Source: Takakia lepidozioides (lineage: Eukaryota > Plantae > Bryophyta). From it: a stretch of 27,622 nucleotides of DNA. Below, piece after piece: positions 21,930-27,622 of this stretch; within the stretch, counting starts at the first letter, position 1, and each line of letters begins with the position of its first letter. Made by a program: the position numbers and the translations under genes. The notes under the pieces were generated by a model. It worked only from the letters and a program-made list of their open reading frames with translations, made no database searches and was not told the DNA's origin. Where the stretch lies: contig JAKLZA010000128.1 of NCBI GenBank assembly GCA_030704615.1, forward strand, positions 1 through 27,622, written 5' to 3'.

Positions 21930-22011
21930 TGCTGCTCATGTTTTTTTCCACACTTACGACTCTGCTCATGGCTCATGCCGCTCATGGCTCATGGCTCATG
22001 AAATAGCAGCC
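21930..22011 (-). repeat. Right TIR with GCTCATG heptamer repeats
   Basis: GCTCATGGCTCATGCCGCTCATGGCTCATGGCTCATGAAATAGCAGCC is the reverse complement of the left-end pattern. Confidence 0.85.
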
Positions 22012-23216
22012 CCCGGAGGATATTCCGGTGGCCTGCCACCCCCATAACTATTAGGGGGTGGCAAATATGGTGGAGGAGGATACTGGCCATACTGCCCATA
22101 TGGAGGAGCACCATATTGACCCTGACCATACTGAGTGCCAGACTGTGGGTACTGAGGCATACCATAATAAGGTGGGGGTACTGGTGGCACAGAACCCACA
22201 ACGATGGGAGAGTTAGGGCCACCTCCTGCGTTCTTGTGGGCGCCATCTCCATTGCTAGCAGCAGGGATCATGGATCCAGTGCGCTTGTGCTTGCCCTGAA
22301 AAGAAATTCCCCAGTACAATGTGGGTGATTACACATACATATAGGCAGCAAGCAGCAAATCCTTGAATTCAATATAACAAACTGGAAGCACATATCATTT
22401 GTAAAGACAAGATTACCCAAAACTCAGTATGATCTTGGGCAGTAAATCTCCCAAATTTGATTGGCCCCAATGATGTCCTCCCAGTACATTTTTTAGCCCT
22501 CTTAGGTATGGGGTGTTCCTGAAATCCATAGCAAGAATTCAAATGGACAAACCTGATGGGTCCATGAGAAGTATCCCTCCAAGTTTTACTGATATTCTGG
22601 GTGCATAAGTAACCCAAGTATCTCTATAAGTAGCCATTGTAGCTTAGTACCAGGACGTTGGTTTCATGGGGCAAAGAATTTGAACACACCTGAAGTCTAC
22701 ATTGGCCTGACATCATGCCTTTGGCACTTCAACTTGTCTAGTGGAAATCATTTGTGATTGTGCCTTGGCTGACCCCTGCATTGTCCAACTTCCCTGTCTT
22801 GACAGACATACCCTATCTCTTCGTGATTTTACCAAAAACATACATAATTTGAATCATGGTCATTGTGAAGAACTATAACTCACAGACGGAGAAGGTGTTC
22901 GTAGTGTAGATGATGGGCATTTTTGTCCTGCGACATGAGCATGGGCATGTTCTCCTCGGCTTGCCGTGGCATCCGCCGACGACGCACTCGCCTCGCACTA
23001 GCGTGGGAGGAGTGGATCGTCCTCATCGTCCTCAGAAGAGCCCTCATGCAGAATCGTAGTCTTCATCGTCTTCAGTCTGGCACTTTGCCTTGCAGGACCT
23101 TGATCCCTAGCTTTTTCCTTCGGAGCGCGTGGCTTGCGAGGGCGATTCGCTCCCGCAAGCCCGCACAAACACCTCCATGACCTCCCTCTCAAACAATCAC
23201 AAACAAATGCAAGCAT
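22012..23216 (-). pseudogene. Low-complexity (basic/acidic N-terminus; Pro-Tyr-Gly-Gln-rich exon) gene remnant divergent from the CACTA transposase, cut by the MULE TIR
   Basis: ORFs 22998-23216 (RPRKPRAPKEK...SSEDDEDD) and 21996-22319 (PPPYYGMPQYPQSGTQYGQGQYGAPPYGQYGQYPPPP). The latter reads straight into the TIR. Confidence 0.4.
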
Positions 23217-23735
23217 ACATACCCTAATACTCTTAACCTACGCTAAAACACAGCCGCACCCTACCAGGACGTAATGGCTGCCCACGAATGACGGCGGACA
23301 TCTCCCGCCTAATGACACACCCTCCTCAAACTAATCGTCACTCACTGCATGTTGTTTGCCTCTCTGTTTGTACAAGTCGCAGCTACTCGCCCCCATTTGT
23401 GCTATGAAGCTTATGATCGTTGTAGGAAGGTTAGAGGATAAGGCAAATCGCAAGTTTAGTGGGTGGGTATCCAAAGTCAGGAACTAAACTCACCCATCTA
23501 TCGACTGCTTGAACGTTGCTTCCACCTCCTTTATGGCAGCAATCCGACGCTCTCGGAACTTCTCGTACTCAGTGAGAGGGACTGTCACTTCGAAGACCTT
23601 CCGCCACCATGGACACTCAGAAACGATACTTATAGTATACTATAGATATAGAAATAGCACATTGGCAGCTGGTGCAAAACTAGAGACAATGCACTGTGCG
23701 TAGCATGCAAAGAGGGAAGGGGTGACGTTCAAAGC

Positions 23736-26700
23736 ATGTACAGTGCAGGTGGCGAACGGATGCGTATGCGTAGAATAGATGACCGTCTATGGCGAATGGA
23801 AGAAGCTTATGCCACAAGGAATGGGCATACAAAAATGCTATGCAACTGCGATGAGTGTCATGGAGGAAAAGTACTGTTGTTGGAAACAGTGAGGAATCAT
23901 TACATGATACACGGGAGGGATCCTCTTCTCCAACGCTGTTCTCTTCGGTAAGATCGCCACTTTCCCTTCAGCACTTTAGTTTGAATTTTGAATGCAACGA
24001 TCATCTTCTCCACATGTCGACATTTCGTTGGGTGATTGTAGTCAAGAAGTCATAAGATACAGACGTGACTATGACTACGCCACTTCCGTTATCACTTTAA
24101 TTAATGCACATGTGTGTTTTCATTGGTCATGTGTAGTCATGTAGTCATATATGACTAAGTAAGTGACTGCAACTATGACTTCAATGGTTACAAATGTCGT
24201 GTTTTGATTGGGTGTATATTCATAAGATACATACGTAAATATGACTGCATCACTGCAACGTCACCGTGCCTCCTATGTCATAATATGAACAAGTGTCACA
24301 TCGTTGTTGGTCCACTCACAAGATGACTATTGGGATGCAGGGATGTGAATATTCAGATGATGAAGACGAAGGCCCTGCGGCACAGCGGGAGCCCAATGTC
24401 ACAGAGAACGCAGATGAGAGTGGTGGATTGGAGGTAGAAATGCAGCGTGCATTGCAGGAAGCGTTTCTCTTTGCAGATGCAAACAGAGAGGACCCCATTC
24501 ATGGTGGAACCGATCACACATTTGCCGATCATGACGATGATCTCGACGATTCCGGAGACAATGAATTTGATGAGAATGCTCACCTGCACGTTGATCCCGA
24601 GTATGATAAACTCTTCCGACAGTCGCAATGTCCACTTTTTGAAGGGTGCTCCATCAGCCGGCTGCAAGCAACTTTGACGTTGCTGAACGCATGCACTACC
24701 CACAAGTGCACCAATGCATTTGTGGATGAGCTTCTGGGATTGTTGCGTAAGAGTTTTTTGCCTAAAGAGAATTCATTGCCGAAAACTCACTATGAAGCAA
24801 AAACCATGATTGCCAAGATGGGATTGCAGTACACGATGATTCATGCCTGTGAGCGTGGTTGTGTACTCTTCCGTGGGGAGTATGAGAATGTAGACATTTG
24901 CCCAGTGTGCCGCAGTTCCCGTTACATTCCAGGTCGTGGAAGTGTGCCCAAGAAAGTATTGCGACACTTCCCTGTCATTCCAAGGTTGAAACGTATGTAC
25001 CGATGTAAATCGATCGCTAACCTCATGACATGGCACGACAGACATAAGAGCCAGGATGGGTTGGTTCGACATCCAGCTGATAGCAAAGCATGGAGACACA
25101 TTGACACCACATTTGCGGATTTTGCTGCAGAGCCACGATCTCTGCGATTTGGATTGGCCTTAGACGGTGTAAATCCCTACGGAGCTCAATCCACAAGTTG
25201 GAGCACATGGCCCGTTCTCTTGGTCAATTACAATCTGCCTCCGTGGTTAATGACCAAAAAGTTCTTTGTCATGTTAGCGCTACTGATTCCTGGTAAGGAG
25301 TCTGTTACCTCGGACAACGTAGATGTTTACCTGATGCCCCTAGTGGAAGAGCTACTGGAACTATGGAGAGGGATTGCAGCTCATGATGTTTCCCGTCCTC
25401 GTGGTCAACGCGAATTCACACTGAGGGCAGTGTTGATGTGGTCAATCCATGACTACCCTGCATATGGCTTGCTCTCAGGTCAAGTGACGAAAGGTTATGC
25501 TGGTTGTCCAGCTTGTGGACCCGGGGTGACTTCACAGCAGTTACACACATGTGGAAAAATTGTTTTCCTAGGCCACCGAAGATTTTTGGCCCGCAATCAT
25601 CCATATAGAAGGTCAAGAATGTTCAATGGCGCTACTGAGCATGGAACTCCTCCAAAAACGCAGACTGGAACACAAATCAAGGAACTTGCAACAGCTCGCA
25701 CTGCATGGGTGGAAAACGGAGGGACGCCAGATAGCAGGACAGACCCAGCAAAAACTCATGGAGTTAAGCGATTGTCAATTTATATGTCTTACCTTATTGG
25801 GAGGTAATTCCTTCATGGCCTTTAAATTGGCTGTGTACATTTTTGCGTTTTTTGTTTAAATTGTGATGAGTAAATGCTCAATTGCTTATGTGTTCATTTT
25901 GTAGGGTCTCCTCATCCGCCACACGTTTGACGCAATGCATTGCGAGAAGAACTTGGCTGAAAATATTATTAAAACTATCTTTGGTGAGAAAGACACATTG
26001 AAAGTTCGCCGTGATTTGGAGCTACTTGGGATGCGCCCGGAATTGTGGCTACAACGTGATCCTGACAGAGCAGATACGTTAATTATGCCTCCTGTCCCTT
26101 ATGTCCTCACTGAGGCTGAGTTACAAGTCTTTCTGGAGATTGTGCAGAACTTGAAAGTGCCAACAGGCTACGCATCAGCTTTCAAAAAGCATGTGGTGAA
26201 GAAGAAGTTGTCTGGCATGAAATCACATGACTATCATGTGCTCATGCAGCAAATTATACCGCTTGCTATCCGTGGGCTCATGCCAAGTGTCCTCGAAGGG
26301 CCATTTTGCGAGTATGTCGTGTATTTAAGAAGTTGTGTGCAAAAGTGGTGAATCCTGTAGAGTATGAGGAATTGAGAACTGAAGCAGTTCTCACTCTGTG
26401 TCTTATAGAGAAGGAGTTCCACCATCATTTTTTGATGTGATGACACATCTGGTTGTTCACCTAGTGGATGAGTTGTACTTATGCGGGCCCGTAGCATCTC
26501 GTTGGATGTACCCCATGGAGCGGGCAATGAAAGATATGAAGGGCTACGTAAGAAACATGGCAAGGCCCGAGGGGAGCATGGCAGAAGGATACCAATTTGA
26601 AGAAGCATTGGGTTTTTGCACAGAGTATATGGCAGGATTTGATGGAAGTGTACGAAGGGTGTGGGATGCAGATGAGGCAGAATCTGTGGAACGTGAAGTT

Positions 26701-27622
26701 GTGGAAGGAAGTTCTAAAGCCCGAAAATTGAATGACCTGTGTGATATTGTACATGAGTACCATCCTCGTCTATCAGTCATGTTGGGGTAAGAAATCTACT
26801 TCATTGACATTCAGATTTCCAAGTTTTAGTCATTTATCATTAGTTGGCATATGGCGTCTTTTCAAATCTCCCACGCCACCTCTGTCAATCTCCTGGCTGA
26901 CCCTCGGATTGTGACAGGATATATGAAGCAGAGTCCACACGGATAGAAGCCAGACGACGCTTGTTTCGTGAGGAGCAAGGGCTGGAAGGCATGAGCAATC
27001 CCACGACAATTCAGTACCCTCCTGATTTGCATCTTGTCCTCCATTTGCTGTTTGGCTCCCTCAAGGTGTACGGGATCATCTCTCAATTCAATCAGATGGG
27101 CTTGATCCTACAACACGTGAGGAATTACTGGATCTTTCAAGGCCTCCATCATTTACTGCCCTGTCATTCAAGAGTATGACACGTATGGTAACCATTAGGG
27201 TTACATCCCCCGGCATGAACACAACAAGTATGGTGTCTTTTGATTGTGGAGTCTCATCTGTTTTCCAGCACCAGCCCATTACCAACAATTCAGGCAATGA
27301 CATGGAGGAACCTACAAGATATGTGGGTCTTATAAGGGAGATTTTGCAAATTGACTATGGCCAAACACAGCCTATAGTGTTTTTGTGTTCGTGGGTACGG
27401 GCGAGTCGCGTGGGTCGTCAACCTATGTCAATGAAGCAGGATGATGCTGGCTTCACACTTGTCAATTTTAACCGTATGCTTCCACCTTCTGAGCAACCTT
27501 TTGTGTTTCCTGGCCAGGTTGATCAAGTGTTTTTTTTCTGATTGTGTGAAGGAGCCGGGGTGGAAAGTCGTCCTGGAGAAGAGCCCCCGAGCACGTAGAG
27601 TGGTCTGCGACATATCAATTGA
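23736..27622 (+). CDS. CACTA (En/Spm) TnpD/Tnp2 transposase, copy 2; frameshifted and runs off the window
   Basis: Exon 1 at 23736-23947 has a transposase-associated CNCDEC...VRNHY..HGRD motif. Then IHACERGCVLFRGEYENVDICPVC, HPADSKAWRHID, LALDGVNPYG, STWPVLLVNYNLPPW, HDYPAY, MHCEKN, MKSHDYH, RWMYPMER and DDAGFTLVNF. Introns ~23948-24340 (phase not reconciled) and 25804-25904. Confidence 0.95.
25069..27622 (+). repeat. Direct repeat of 452-~3000 (two copies of the same CACTA family)
   Basis: Near-identical by eye across exons and introns, offset ~24.6 kb. Confidence 0.97.

Larger units (their letters stand above)
6676..22011. mobile_element. ~15.3 kb Mutator-like (MULE) DNA transposon with cargo genes
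   Basis: Left end GGTTACTATTTCATGAGC (6676) matches the reverse complement of the right end, GGCTGCTATTTCATGAGC (ends 22011). Both are followed inward by CATGAGC repeats. Encloses a DDE/SWIM transposase. No TSD found. Confidence 0.8.

Overview
Eukaryotic, intron-containing, transposon-only window; probably a non-seed land plant, though that is inference. No ordinary host gene is recognisable. Layout: (1) 1-451, the probable end of an LTR that interrupts (2) a CACTA/En-Spm element whose 3' half runs 452-5827 and ends in a canonical ...CTTGTAGTG terminus; (3) a SWIM-finger remnant at ~6420-6675; (4) a ~15.3 kb element bounded by inverted termini (6676-22011); (5) a second, near-identical CACTA transposase copy at 23736 to the window end, preceded by a divergent low-complexity gene remnant. 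Element (4) carries a Mutator-type DDE transposase (GCM-like N-terminal Cys/His domain, C-terminal SWIM) on the minus strand. Divergent from it is a multi-exon gene with a ParB/Srx-like DGNHR domain and a beta-class DNA amino-methyltransferase-like domain, plus an inverted pair of unknown paralogues. It also holds about 45 copies of a 22-bp palindrome GGAAATGCGGYRCCGCATTTCC, arranged as two helically phased arrays flanking the ParB-MTase gene and as single copies in three of its introns. The best candidate for an undescribed system is this Mutator-borne ParB-MTase plus cognate palindrome arrays, possibly a sequence-specific self-marking or anti-silencing module. Nearly all genes carry 1-bp indels, which may be real decay or long-read consensus error. 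Domain calls come from motif reading only; no database search was run.
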